Source: Octopus bimaculoides (taxonomy: Eukaryota). From it: DNA of 64,000 nt. Shown piece after piece: positions 1 to 14,494 of the stretch. The DNA lies in contig NC_068991.1 of NCBI RefSeq assembly GCF_001194135.2, forward strand, positions 41,226,774-41,290,773. Direction: 5' to 3'. The notes beneath the pieces are model-generated. The model was not told the DNA's origin. It saw only the letters and a program-made list of their open reading frames with translations, and did no database searches. The translations under genes and the position numbers were made by a program. Position 1 is the first letter of the stretch. Each line of letters begins with the position of its first letter.

Positions 1-910
1 AAAAAAACAACAACAAATTATGGGGTTGGAGGTGGATGTTGAATAATTCACACACTTAATCAAAACATACGAGGGGACAGTTTAGGTATGTAAATTATTC
101 GAACCACTCAAATATTTTTTCACTTCAAATTCTGACATAATTGTAATTTACATAATCTGAAACGTCATTGTAGAAAATTTCATTAAAAAACTTACATTTT
201 CAGAAAGTTATGAAGTCGGAGGGCTAAAAAAAAAACAGGTAATTAATTTGGGTTTTGATATGACGCTTTATTGGCACATGTTTGTGTTAGGACTGATAAG
301 TACTGCTTGGATTTTTGCTTCTGGATACCAAAACAAATAATTGAAGTTTCTTACTTCTGAAAGACAGAATTAGTCAAACGTTGATTTCTCCATCCTCAGA
401 ATGTCATTTGCTTTTCTTTTTCAAACAGTTTTAGTTGGTATTCTGTAGAATTATTGGGTGCAATATTTATTCCATATCTTCAGAAAATACATGTTTCTGT
501 ATTTTAAAACAAAGCCTGGTAAGAGCAATTTATCAGAGAAAGAGCAACTGCTCCCGTTTATCGAATTATTAGTGGTTAAATAATTGATTTAATTAATCAA
601 TTGAATATAAGAATTTATATTTAACCATCTTCAATTAATTGTCTACATCAAACAACTATTTAGCGCCTATTACTTCAACATACATCTATAGATGTAATAC
701 ATGCACACATTGATAGTATTGTATCCGAGGGTCACTGGATATTTCAGAGATTACAACACTGACCCTCATCCAGGCAACCCAACTTTTGGTCACGCTTAGG
801 CCGCACATTCTCAAACTTCAGCATTCAGTGGTTGGGGAACTTGGGCCCACTGGAAATACTACTGACAACGTAAGATCTTCATATTTATTACATTTAATCC
901 GTAACAATCG
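1..910. promoter_or_regulatory. CpG-retaining zone, candidate unmethylated promoter or first-exon region
   Basis: I count 15 CpG in 1-910 against about 2 in 3000-4500. A candidate donor AAC|gtaaga lies at 869/870. Inferred from the invertebrate gene-body methylation pattern. Confidence 0.35.
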
Positions 911-3900
911 TAGAACACATCACAATAGAAATATACTGCAAAATAGTCTAAAGGAGAATTTATTAGGAGTCTGTTATTCAAGGAAATCTGCAAAACTGAC
1001 CAATTAGTTATCTACATTTAATATTTTTACTAAATGATTTATGAGTTAAATGTTTTCATAAAACTGCAAGAGTTTTATGAAAGTAGAAAGTAATTGTATC
1101 AGTAGCAAATCCTACTTCGTTTGTTTCTTTTAATTCTTCCAGTATCTATGTTAGGCGAAGACCAAGTTTAAATATGTGTATGTTAATGGGAGTAAAACAA
1201 GATTGATATCTTTCAAAATAGTACTCAATAATACATAAAGAAGCTGTTGAGATTTTATTTATATATTTATTACTCATACTTAATATAATCACATTTGACA
1301 AGACCTTTGGTTGAAATGGCTTTAGTGTAAACATTTAAATATGTCATCATCATTGTTATATAGTCACTTTTTATGCTTTCATGGACCAGACAGGAATGAT
1401 CTTGATCTAGATGGGTTGGAGGACTGCATGCCATTCATACATGTATATGTATAATCATGCAAAATATATCTATAAAATGTATGTCCATGTTTGAAAACAA
1501 GAGAGAAAATACTCAATACAGAAATCTAATGTAATTATTAAAGTGCTGCAATTACTATCTGCTACTACTTGTAAATGTCTCCCACTGTGATCAGCAACAG
1601 GCATTCTTGAAACACTGAGTTGTAACAGAGAATACTGACACTATATATATATATATATATATATATAATGTCTAATGATTGGGTTTTAGTTTCATGTCAT
1701 TATTTCCTTGGACATAACATGTTACAGTTCTCTCATGAAGTCAGTTACATTGAAATCTTGTGGGTTCAACATATTTTATTTTCATAAATGAATGTTTGTG
1801 GGTGTATGTTATTTGTTTCAGGTTGTTGAGAACCTCTTTCAAGTTCTTCAGTTTTATTTTCTATTTTCCTAAGTACATTTCCTTCCTCGAAGAATGTTGC
1901 TTTCATTTACTTCATAATTTTTTATCAACATAATCAAAAAGTCTGAGATTGATTTTGGTGACAGAAGTTGCTCTAATTGGAAATTGAAATCAAGTTTAGC
2001 ATTTAGTTTGCTGAAAACTTATTGCCACTGCTTTATCTAACTTTAAAATCAAGAAATGACTATTATTTTAAAGAGAAATCCGTATTATAAGATTGTGTCT
2101 ATAATTTGACATGAATAGGTTTGAAATTCATTTTAAAACTATCTTATTGGTAAATAATGAGATAGCTTCTTCGATACTAGTTTACTGATTACTATTTTAC
2201 TGTTGAAATCCCTCTAAATCATTAAGCCCTTCATCCTGTCTGGAGAAAACTTTTTGTAAGACTTAGAATTTGAGGAGTCTGTTGGAGTCCTGCACTGGTA
2301 AAAGTCAGTTCAATAAACATTTGATAGACTGATATGCTATGTGCTGGTGGGATTTCTACAGAAATTAGACATAAACATCTATCATTATGAATTAACTTGT
2401 ATGAGGAAGGAGTTGATTTTTTTTTATGAATGAGTGATAAGTGGAGCTTAGCATATGAAAACGTACAATGAAGTGATGAGGTCCCACCTCAGAATATTGA
2501 GTGTCGAGGACAAGATGACACAGGATTGAGAGGAGTGGCCACACTGTGCCATAAACTTAGTACAACCTATGTTAGTATACAAAATCCCAGATGTTTAATC
2601 AATAATTTTGATAAGTTCTTATTATCAAGATTCTGAGAACATAAAATAGAATCTTCTTGCAATAATATACCCTGTGGTTGAGTCTGTTTGCTGTATAATT
2701 TATAAATTCCTTTCCTTAAAACAGTAAAAATAATTACAAGAATGGAAAATCTGTATGAAATGATATTCATTTGTAATCTTTACATTTTCTGCTTTGATCT
2801 GATCATTAACATTATACTTTGGTCCCATTTACTAAGCAGATATGCTAGGCTTACTTTTTGGCCTTGTTTATTAAATTCTTTTTCATAAAATACTCAAGTA
2901 TCTTGTATGTGTGTGGAAATAATATTTTTCTATATAGAATAATATACAAAAAAGAAATGTTTAATTCTGTTTGGAAGATCATGCAAATTCAAATTTGGTC
3001 ATGATACCTGAATGCTGTCTTGAGATCAAAGTACATTATTCTGAATATATAAAAAGAAATTCCTCAGTTTGCCATCCATTTTAAAATGCAAGTTCTTTTG
3101 TTCTTATTTCAATGAAATTAGTTGTGTGTCTTGGATAGGCATATGCTCTCACTTTGGTTCTGCTAATCTTGTTGAAAATGGCCATTACTTCTCCACAGTG
3201 GCAGTTTTAGCCTCACAAGAAACTATGTTGACTTTATGTTCATGTCATCATTTGGAATCTTTCAGTTTCAAATTATTTATTCTAAAATTTACTTGAGTAT
3301 TCCAGTCCATGTCAGTATGCAAAACCATGTGAAGAAATTATGAAGAAAATAGAAAAGCAAAATCATATATATTGATAAATCAGCTAGGTAATTGGTTGGT
3401 ATAGAGAATAGCAGGAAGTAGATCTTGTTTGGGTTATATTTTATGAAAATTATTATTGCGTATTATTTTCTGTTAAGTACATATTTTTACAGTTAAAAGT
3501 AGCATTGTCTGAACTGCACCATTATAGGCCAGGGCTTCTCTTCAAAGTGAATCTCCTCTCCCCACAAAAAAATCTTCCACAAACTCCATTTAACTCACAA
3601 GTTTTTGACCCTTTTTAAAGCACAAAACACAGGTGTGAGTTACATTATAGTACTGTCTGTTTGCTTTGCATTATCCAGCTTAATGATGTTCCTCCTGAAC
3701 AAGCATCCTAGACCATACTCTCCACAAGGGCCAAAACACTCTATCAAGATTTCCTCACCAGTACATTATATTTGTCTCCTCTTTCTACTTTTGTTTTTAT
3801 CCTGATGCTTCTCTAAATTAGGAAACCTTGTACCATACCCACCTAAGTCTTGCTGGAAAATAGCTAATTTTTTTTTCCAGAAAAGTTACTTATTGACCAA

Positions 3901-6900
3901 AGGGAAAAGTTATCTTTCATCTGGCTAATGCTACAGAAATTGGATTAAATCCATAGCTGTCATAATCATTGTAAGCTATAGAAATATTAACTTTTTAGTT
4001 TGAATAATATATATGATTGGAATCCATATTTGAAATCATAAAGCTTTTGCAATGATAATTGTTGAAAATATTCTTGATTTGAGATTTTTGTACTTTCGTA
4101 AGAAATATTTTCTTTAGGTTTTCCCTTGTATCTTCTATCAAACATTATCATATTTTATTTATTAAGTAGTTTTCAGTTTGTAATCATCATGTTTCAATTC
4201 AGTATTGTATTGTTGATAATTTTTGAAATTAAATATTACACTTGCATTGCTCACTCTTAAACCAAACAGCATCTTTTCATTGATATTTACTCAATGAAAG
4301 CTACTTGGATAATAATTTTTTAAAAAATTCACTTTCTTTTCTTTTGTTCTTTACTTGGTTTATTAAGGAACTCATTAAAAATCAACAATCACAAAAAAGA
4401 GCTTTACTCAGTGATTATAGATGTATATCTTTCATGCAAATAAATGAAAACAAGCTTCATTTCTACTACTTAGACCCAATGTATTAATATTATATACTTA
4501 TAGTCTGTATTATTAACCCTAATAAGATTTCAACTCCCAATTACGAATCCTTGAATGAGATACTATGAAAATTGTAGAATGTAGTTATAGCTGAGAATGA
4601 CCAAGACAGCATGAGAAGTAATGAGATATAAATGTTTTACTGATGAAATACTGTGGGATTGAGAAGAGTGGAAATATACTGTAATTTGTGCAGTTCATGT
4701 CAATATAAAGAAAATAAATATTAAAACTGATACTAGTATAAAAGTCTATGATGGCACAAAAGGGCATGACAGATATGTGAATTAATGACAGAAAATGTAG
4801 GGTAAAAGCATCCTACTTTTAACTTGGCTTAGTGATGTATTCAGTGTCAATATCAATGGGACATCCGGCTTGTGTATAGGGCTTTAAGCATGCATTTGTG
4901 GGATGAATCTACTTCCTAGTTCCCATTTTATCCAATCCCCATTCTGTTTTTTTTTATTTTTTTAATGTCACCTCTGTTCTTTTGAGGTTAGATATCTGTT
5001 AATTGCAACATCCTGCCACATCTCTGGCCTGCTTCTATCTCTGTTGCCAATAATTTGTGGTTTAGTTACTCCCCCACTTTTTCCCATCATTAAATTTTGC
5101 CTCAGTGCCATTCCACTTTAGTTTTCCCTTTTGTAGGTATCAGGTGGCAGGTGTGAATAAGGATGCACATCTCTCATTTTATTGGAAAGGGAGTAGTGTT
5201 TATAAAAAATAAAAGTTCCACATATATTTAAGTCGATGATGATGACTGCTTAACTAATCACTGTTTACAAGCTCAAGATCTTTTAATTTTGTTGTACAGT
5301 AAAATTATCAATCGGTGTTGAAAAGAGTTATTCAATTGTAAAAACCATATCTTCAGTTGAGGATGCATGTATAATGCATAATTATAATACCTTTGTCAGT
5401 TGAGCTCAGTTGCTTTTAATTTGTTTCTTCTATTAGCAACAATTAAAAACTGCATTATTGTCTTCACAATTATCAATTTAATGTCAAATTTTCAGTTTTG
5501 GCATGTGTTTGAGGATATTAGTTACCCTAAAAGATATGCCTAAAACAGCATTGCTACAACTCTCTTTATCATCTAGTCAGCCAAATTCAGTTTTGTAAGA
5601 TCTAATCGAACTGTCATACCTGAGTCTTCCATGGTCTACATCAGAGTAGTTTACAACTAAATCAATTCTCTTCATTTAGTCACTTCAAAGCACTTCACCA
5701 TTGCAAGTAGTAGCCCTATTGTTCTGTTAACTAGTTACATTCATAGTTTACATATATCTAATCTATCTAGTAATTGTTAAGTACTAATTGAAAAAAAATT
5801 GTTCATTCATCTCAGTTCTACAACCTTTAAACCAAACCATACTTTCAATTATAGTGTAATAATTATTCATTCATTCAGATAAAAAATCCCTTATCTATGA
5901 GAAGTATCTTTCTTCTGATAAAGTTTATCTTTAATGGTCTCTAATTGAAATGCATCCACGATCTAATTACTTGTAATATTGTTTGCTGGTCAAAGATTTG
6001 CCTTTGGTTTTATAATCTGATTCTTTAGTCATGTTTGTTAATGTCCTTCATTCATATGTGTGTACTAAAATACATGCATGTCATGCGCGCTGTTAGTGTT
6101 GCATTGGTATAGATAACTATGCTTAGATAATGTAACCATGTGACATCTGAACTAGGTGTGTATGTGGGCACAGCTATTGCTGTGTGGTTGTCTTTCCAAC
6201 CATGTAAATTTCATGTTTAGTCGCTGTATAGGAGACCTTAGGTATATGTCTTCTACAGTAACCCTGAGCTGACCAAAGCTTTATGAACAGATTTGGGAGA
6301 TGAATGTATGTATGTGTGGCTTCTCATCTTAACATCTTGAAATAGTTGTAAGCAAGTGTTGCTCTCGTACAAGCTGATTCATTCCCTTCCAGACTTCCAT
6401 GAATATATGTCCAGATTTGGGTAAATATGACCTTCATTGGAAGCAGGTGGAGGTTGGTGATAGGAAGGGCATCTGGCTGTAGAAAACCTGCCTTAGCACA
6501 TTCTGTCTGACCCCCATGCAAGCATAGAAAAGTGGATATTAAAATGATGATTGTGTGTGTGTGTGAGCGAGAGAGAGTATTGTAGCTAGTCAGGTTAATA
6601 ATGCCATTCTTTGGGCAAAAAGAGATATGGTTACTCTGTATCTAACAGACATTTAACTTTTAGTGCCGAGATGAAAATCAGTACTAAGGGGAAATACAGT
6701 TCACTACACTATGTTGTAAACTGTTTGTTGTATTATACATGCATGAGACTCTGTTATCCATGCATCTGTAATGCATGCATATGATCATTGGTAGTTGTTT
6801 TTATCATCATAATTTTATTGTTTATGTATATATTTCTTTTTAATGTTTGTATGGGTTTCCTGGGATCAGGGTGGGGATGTAGATATATTGCATCATTCCT

Positions 6901-9254
6901 AACAGCCTTCACTTTAAGCATGTATGGTTGTGTATATATGTGAAAGAGAGAGAGATGATGATTCTGCCACTGACTGACAAGCCTATGATAGTTGTTTCTT
7001 ACTGCTGCTACTGAAAAGAATTTTAGATTATTCCAAAAGTAGATTAGAACCAATTTTAAACTCGATCTCAGGCACACAGTAGAATAAGATGGGATTGATA
7101 ATGCTAATTAGGTTTCAATAGAAAGTCAATAAAATTCTGCTAGGTCCAGCCTTGTGAGAAGTGTTCAGTTTTGTTTGTCACCAGATTTTGATTGACCATG
7201 GCCTTATTTATTACATGATCAAGTAGAACTGACTGCAGCAACTCATAAACAACAGATGAGAGAGAGAGAGGGGGGGGGGAGAGAGAGAGAATGAGTGTTC
7301 CTGGTATATGCAATTCAGTATGATTCAGAATTTGAACCTGTGGCTCATGACCCATATGAAAAGGAGGAAAGGCTTCTGACACTTCAACAGTTACTGATGT
7401 TCTCATTTTTCTTAATTCTTTATTATTTTTTTTTCTGTAAAAGCATGTGACACAACTTAAACAAGCCATCGACCTTGGTCTTCTATAGTTGCAATGTGAT
7501 GTTTATATTTACACATGTTTTTTTCCACTCAAATTACTAGCTTCTTCGACCTGTTTTCTGGAGTCAGTTGTTCCACTGCATCTCTCCTCCCTCTCTTGGC
7601 CTTTCATACCATAAATTGACGTTCTGCCGGAAATCAGCTATTTTAAATCATGGGAATAATGTTAGTGAACATTTTGTGCTTGGCTCCGCGTGTGTGTGTG
7701 TGTGTGCATGCACGCGTGCTTTAGTTTGGTCATGTGTTGATGTTTGTGCGTTCATCTTTTAACATTTGCTCAAAATTGAAATACAGTCAGTAGTAAAAAT
7801 GATTACTGTTGAATTAGAAAAAAAAAAAACAAAGCATTTATATTAAATTTGATTTTGCTTCAGGAATGAGCGAGACTTGTATTGATATTGTTTAATGTGG
7901 GATATTTCATTTTACAGCAGTGATGTTTAACAAGTGGAAGTTCAGGCCCTAGAGCCATTGCTTTCCTGCAGTTGGGCTGGGCACTACTGCCTAGTGGCAA
8001 ATGCTACCGACTTGCTTCAGCTCTGAAAGATAAAGAAGAAGATGGAAATGATGAATAAGAAGTGGAATTTCTTAGGCTGTACATTTATTTTGTGTAATTT
8101 TTTTCTAACCTCAGCTTGCAAAAATATCTACAACTGAGACATGAGAAGTCAGTGGGTTGAGCTCATAGCTTTTTAGAAATCTATTACAATGTTTTGGAAT
8201 CTATTATTAGAAATTTTTTTCTTTCTCATATTAATTTAATGCTATGATGTAAATAAATCAAATAAAAAGAATACTACATATATTTGCATATGCACATATT
8301 GAGAAAGACACACACACACACATGCACACATATGTAGTAATGGAAAATGGACATAAGATGATGATGATTTTTATTTAAATCTGAGGATTCCAAACTTGGC
8401 TACACTGAGGTTCATGTTTCTATTTTTCACAATATTGAAGTATAGATAGATATACTGCCTCAATGTAGTTTCATCTGACCCATGCAAGCATGGAAAAGTA
8501 GACAAAAACATAATGCTGTTACTGGTCTAGTCAATGGCTTTTCAACAAAGTGGGTTGGCAGTTTATTTCTGGCAAAAAAAAGACACTTTACTTTCAATGG
8601 ATCAGTCCACTTAATAGTTGTAGTTTAATCTGTATTTGACAATGGGAAACCACTCACTGGTTCACATGAAAATTCACTCTTTAGTACTGTCTCTTACAGT
8701 ACTAAAGTCTTTTATAGGACAGCACATATATATGAAGTACTTATAAATACATGTAGTCATAGTGTGTGTTGTATAATATGTTGAATTCCCATTTAGATGA
8801 TATCTTTGGACCAAGCTTGAGTTTGATTCCATGGCAGATGTTTTGCATTGTATTTGTGCAGTACATTTAATTCTATATGCCACTCTGTTAATAGGAATAA
8901 TAAGATCTGGTGATCTGGAAATGCTGTTTGCAATAGATTGGTAGAGAGATAACTAAGAACTGGTGCTTTTTTTTTTTAATCTTTTAGTTGGGAGGAAAGG
9001 CAGTGCCTGTGACACTTTATAGGCCTGCCAAAGTATCCTTAAACTGGAGATGGCCTAAATGCTTGCAATGTAGTGGACTCTGCTAGAAGTACCCACGGGT
9101 GGCACTAAGACCTATTTTCTGATATTAGAGGTCAAGCGATACTTATAACTGAATGCAAATCTTGAAGTTAACATTACCTTTCAGTCATCATTTGGGAAAG
9201 GTGGGAGATTGATAAAAGAAGTGAATTTCCAATTTAAGTACAAGGTCTGCAGTT

Positions 9255-9435
9255 TTGAGAGAAGGGAATTAGTTGGTACCATCACCCTCAGTACTGACTG
9301 GTAATTTATTAACCCTGAAAGGATGAAAGGCAAAGTTGACTTCAGCGAGATCTGAACTCAGGATGTAAAGAGTTAGGACATATATTACGAAGCATTTTCC
9401 TTGATGCTCTGACAGTTCTGCCAGCTTGCTGCAAC
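9255..9435 (-). mobile_element. SINE family A copy
   Basis: cagtactgactggtaatttattaaccctgaaaggatgaaaggcaaagttgacttcagcgagatctgaactcag. Further diverged copies lie near 11880-12200, 24085-24230, 25850-25990 and 34390-34720. Confidence 0.75.
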
Positions 9436-12400
9436 CCTATCAACGAAACCATTGACAGTTCTTATTTATGATACACTAGAATTGATTCAAGTAATCATAT
9501 TGAATGTTATTTACAAAAGATGAGTTTTTTGCTAAGTCAAAAGAAATTGCCATATTTTGGTATTTTTTAAACAGAGAAAGAAATGAGCTTTAATAATGAC
9601 GATATAACTTTCGTGTACATTTATATACACACTTGTATTGATGTGAAGAATAAGTTTCTTTCAGAGAAATAATGCTACAGGTATAACCCTTTTATGACCA
9701 AATCTCTAACAAAAGTAAAACGAACTGCATATGTGTTCCATTTAATTTTCAAAATAATCAAGGATTGAGTGAGATTTAGTGAAATAACTGTAATGTTTTT
9801 CAGTTTAAAATATTGGCATATTAAGCTGATGTTTGGAATGCAATTTGCAAAAGACAAATGTTTACCTACTATTTTGAACAGGTGGATTGTTATAGAAAAG
9901 GTTAAATGTCAATACAGATCTTTTGGCTCTGATCATTGACTTGCTGTTATTCTTCTGATGAAATTGTATCATTGCACATTTGCCCACAAAAATTGTAATG
10001 AAAGCAAGAATTTTTTACCTTATTAACTGAGACAAGAAGTTTTTCTCTATGAAAAGATGTGAGCTAAGCTTTAAGCTGATTCCTTTCACAGACAAATCCT
10101 TTCTAATCTCACTCAGCAGTGTACTGCTGTGACAAAACAACAACAAAACCAAGAAAAAAAAATCTGAGTGTTGCTATCTAACACTTATCAATAATTCAGT
10201 ACCATTGTTGCAATAAGTTGCATTTCCCAATTGTACCCATTTACATATGAGTCAACTAGGCAATTAAGACTCAAATAATCCTCCCAAGGCACAGAATGTT
10301 GATGATTAATCCTTTTGCAACATTATTAACTTTATTAGCAAGTTTTCAATGAAGGAAATTCAACACCCAGTTTCAATTACTAATTGGGACTGCTCCAGTG
10401 TTTGACTTTTACTTTTTAGGGAAAGTCATGAATTTCATAATATTAATTTCTTTTTCTCTATAAATTCCTATTGTAAAAACATCCTTATTGTGGTGGAGAT
10501 GGCGAAGATTGTTGATTACTAAACTAAATGCTTTGCTGCTGGTTTGGTATACTGAGTTCAAAACCTGAATACTTAATTTTGATCTGTCTCCAGGTTTGAT
10601 ACAATACCAGTGTAATACTGAGAGGTGTTCAATTGACTATACTCTTTGTCCATAAAAAGAATTGCAAATATGCCAGGCCAAAGCATCATTATTGTTGCAG
10701 GTATTTGATGGTAGAGTAAGTTCTCTACAAATGTACCTCCTAGTTTGGGTCTGATTTTTGTTTACAATGGCTTCCTTTTAATTTGCAATGCCTGTTTCTT
10801 TGGGAAAACCAGACAATATCTAATTAAAGAAATAATTATTATCCTTATGATCTCTGTAGGTCATCATGTTGTTTCAATGCCTTCTTTTCCTGTAGTACAA
10901 GGCACAATTCAGTTGTTTATGCAATGTCTTTTCAGTGAATGCATTTCATATTTTCAGTTTATGGGGCATCATAGAATATTAGATTCACCTTGAGATGCTA
11001 TACTGTGTAGGGTACTGGCTCTGGAGGTAACCACACCACACCCTAGGGGAGCATTAAGTATCATGGAGAGACAGTGAGCAATGCATTTTTTGCAATTACC
11101 ATCTTTATTGCAAAGAAGTTGAGTGTGGAAGTAGGTGTTAAACATTTTAGGTGGGCGTTCAGCAAAATGTTTGGGAAACATTGGTGTAAAGCTGTGATTC
11201 TCAAATGAGTCACTGCAAGATGTTTCTAAATGGACCAGAAGTTTTAAAAAATATCATTTACGACTTTAGAAAACTAATACTTAATGTTTGAATGTCTGGA
11301 AAAATGTGTTATAATTTTACATAAGTTAGTTTTTATATCTATTTTGCTCTTTTTTTTTCCCATACAAGCATGGATTAGATGTATGTGTTATTGAAGCATT
11401 GTTTTATAACCAGATGCTTTTCCTACTGCCTACCCTTACATGTTTACATGTAAGGGATCTCTTATTTTACACATCTTTGAAAGTACTAAGTGAGCAGATA
11501 ATGTGTTCACAGGAGAAATGACATCACTTGTAGTGAGCAGCTTTAGTAGAGCACAAATGTAAATTCACATACATGATGATGTTTCAATTTCTGTCTTCAA
11601 ATTTCTTTCACAATGCTTTGGTTGGCCTGGGTCTACAACAGAAGACATTTGTCCAAGGTGCCATGCAGTGGGACTGAACCTGAAACCATGTGGTTGGGAA
11701 GCCATACCCAAGATAAGAAACCATTTTTGTTTAAACATTCCGTGCAAACTGTGCCAATAATTTATGGTTTGACCTCTAATGTGCCATAAGGTCAAAAAGG
11801 GATGGTCACCATGGATAATGTAGTCCTTGATACATTTTGATATGTCAGCTTGATCAAAGCTAAACTAAGCTTAAGAAACAACTGGTGGTTATTTTATTGA
11901 CCCTGGAAGAATAAAAAGCAGTCAACAGGGCAAGATTTGAACTTGGAATTTAATATAAGGCATTTAAACTGGCATTTGAACCGTTTCTGCTCATTCACTA
12001 TTGTTAAAGTGATATTATGAATTTTTAACATAGGCATTGGGCCTTATGTTGTGGTGAGGAGTAAGTATAGTCAATTGTATCAACCCATAGTACTTTGTCT
12101 GGTATTATTTTATCAATCCCTTGATGAGATTTGAACTCAGAATATAACTAAAAGCTGTTTACAACTATTTTGTCCTGCACTAAGTGGATTCTACCAATCC
12201 ATCACTTAAAAGTGATAATAACAATATCAAAAGTATCAAACTGATCATATTTGATAGTTTCATGGCTCAATCTTTAAGTTTAACTACTGTCAGAATAATA
12301 TTTGATTAATAAATCTGTGAAGGGTTTAAATGGAGAGGGTTTGCTACAAAACCAAGTCCTACCTCGTCCTTGTCTCCTTAATTGGCTTGGCAGCTAAAAA

Positions 12401-13364
12401 GGCATTGCTTTAATAAAAGCCATGAATGAAACATAGTGTGATGAGGTAAAGGAATTGTGTTACAGTTTCTGTGAATGTTAATACTGGCTGTGCTCAACAT
12501 TATTTTGTGAAATAATTACCAAAGTGTTTAAATGATAGTATACTACCTTTTAAATAATGAAAAAAAAACAAAAAACAAAAAAAAACTGTAAAAAGACTAA
12601 AAATTTAAATTCACTCACTAAATGATTTTGCTGTTGAACAGTATGTAACAAATTTAAGTCAGCTATTTTTTGTTGTACAAACATGGCACTTCATGTTAAT
12701 GGTTCTGGTTCTTCCACAGATCTCAGGCCAGCTAAATATTTCTTTTGTTTTACTTTTGTAATACAAAATGAATTTTAATAACATCTGATCTCTGATTTAG
12801 TTTATACTTATTTTGACTTTGAAGTTACTTCATGATAAAAACTATAAAAAACATTATGAACATTTCTCTTTATTGAAAAAATAAATAATAATAAAAACTC
12901 ATGAACTAATATACTGATGATAATTATTTGTAATTTTTTTAATTTTTGTTATCTCAAAATATTAGGAACAAAATACAATGTGACATGATATTGTGACACT
13001 AATTAATTAATGTGATGGACTTTAGGAACAAAGGTCACAAGTTCAAATGGTGACACCTGTTTTATATTGTATCGTAGTTGTCCTTAATTTAAATTAACAG
13101 AAAAAAAGAAGAAGAAAAAGTACCTAACTTTTGTATCTAAGTTAAAACTTGTACTGACAGTTCATGTACAACTGTAGCTTGATTGGATCAAACCTGGTGC
13201 ATCTTTTACAATTTTCAGAAGGCAGTTGCCTGATTTTCCTAATATATTTTCTGTGCATAATCACTTCTTTACCAATCAATAAAAAAAGTTTAATAAAATA
13301 AAATAAAATAAAATATCATCAAAATGTATTCTTTTGAAATTCATTTTTCACTTTTCTATTTCAG

Positions 13365-13382
13365 GTCTAATTATATACCAAG
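13365..13382 (+). CDS. Candidate 18-nt microexon, possibly from the RMDN-like 5' region
   Basis: Strong acceptor tcatttttcacttttctatttcag|, then GTCTAATTATATACCAAG, then |gtaact. The length preserves frame: (G)LIIYQ in phase 1 or SNYIP(S/R) in phase 2. No transcript evidence. Confidence 0.3.
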
Positions 13383-14454
13383 GTAACTTTACCTAAAAAA
13401 CTAAACTTAATTCATAAATCGGGTGAATTTTTTAAAACTAAATTTTAATTGCTTAATCATTAGATGCCAACCCATCCAAGACTGTCCCTACTTCTATGAT
13501 AACAAATTTCCCTGTTGTAAAGTGATCTAAATTAAAACCTTCATTCACAATTTCATGCTAATTTATGTTCTAAACACCAGCTTAATAATGATAGCTATTT
13601 CAATAAATTATTTCCAAAATGAATTGTAACAAAAACACTGTTTTTCAGTAGAAATATGGTAATAAAAGGGTTTAAGTACAAACTTTTATGACTATATTGG
13701 TATTTGACAACAGTATATGGGCTATAACTGAACAATCTACTTAATTTCTTTATTTTAAATATGTTTGTTTTCTCCATGCTGATTCCATTTAAGATAGTTG
13801 TTCTTAGAATAATTTTTTAACCTATTAACTTTACCTTTTCAGAGTGCTTGTCTACAATATTTATCTTTACACTGTGTTTTAATTTGGTTGGAGCCCCAAT
13901 TGTCAATGGGTGCTATATTGGCTAAATATGTATATTGTCCTTGACTGGATTCAAATAAGGAACTTTTATTCCTAAATCTATCCAGCCTGGAGTAATGTAC
14001 ACACTCAGGAATAATACATTTCACAATGATAGAATATTCAACTGATTAAAACATGGTGTTGATGTAAATGTTGCAAATCTACACTCTAATGATGAGCTTG
14101 ATAGTTTGAATAATTAGTCTTTCAGAACTTCAGGCATTTGATTAGATGGCTAGGAGCCCTTCTTAACATCATCCACTATCATGGAACAGGAAAGATTTAG
14201 TAGTAATGGTGCATAAAGGAACAACAGATGTTATACAAACACTGGTGATGCTAGTTGTATGAATGTGTATGTGTGTAATGCATGTGTGTGTTATATGTAA
14301 AAATGAGTTGCTATGCCAGGTACACAAGGATAAAATTGACTGTGTTTGCAGTATTTTGTTCAACAAACAGTGTGATGTGCTTCAGTTAAAAAAACTCAAC
14401 TAGACCTGTGATTATTTACTTGAAACAGTCATTGTAATTGTTTTCACACATGCA

Positions 14455-14494
<40 letters not shown>

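Noticed and set aside
786-1007. 73-aa ORF from the track
   Set aside because: It has a TTG start, an in-frame stop at 714-716 with no ATG, and no recognisable homology.
5137-5150. AG/GT-bounded 14-nt microexon-like segment
   Set aside because: It lies in what appears to be a minus-strand RTE LINE remnant, has a weak donor, and its length does not preserve frame.
12330-12413. Short ORF MERVCYKTKSYLVLVSLIGLAAKKALL resembling a TM anchor
   Set aside because: It ends in a stop with no usable donor, so it cannot join the RMDN exons.
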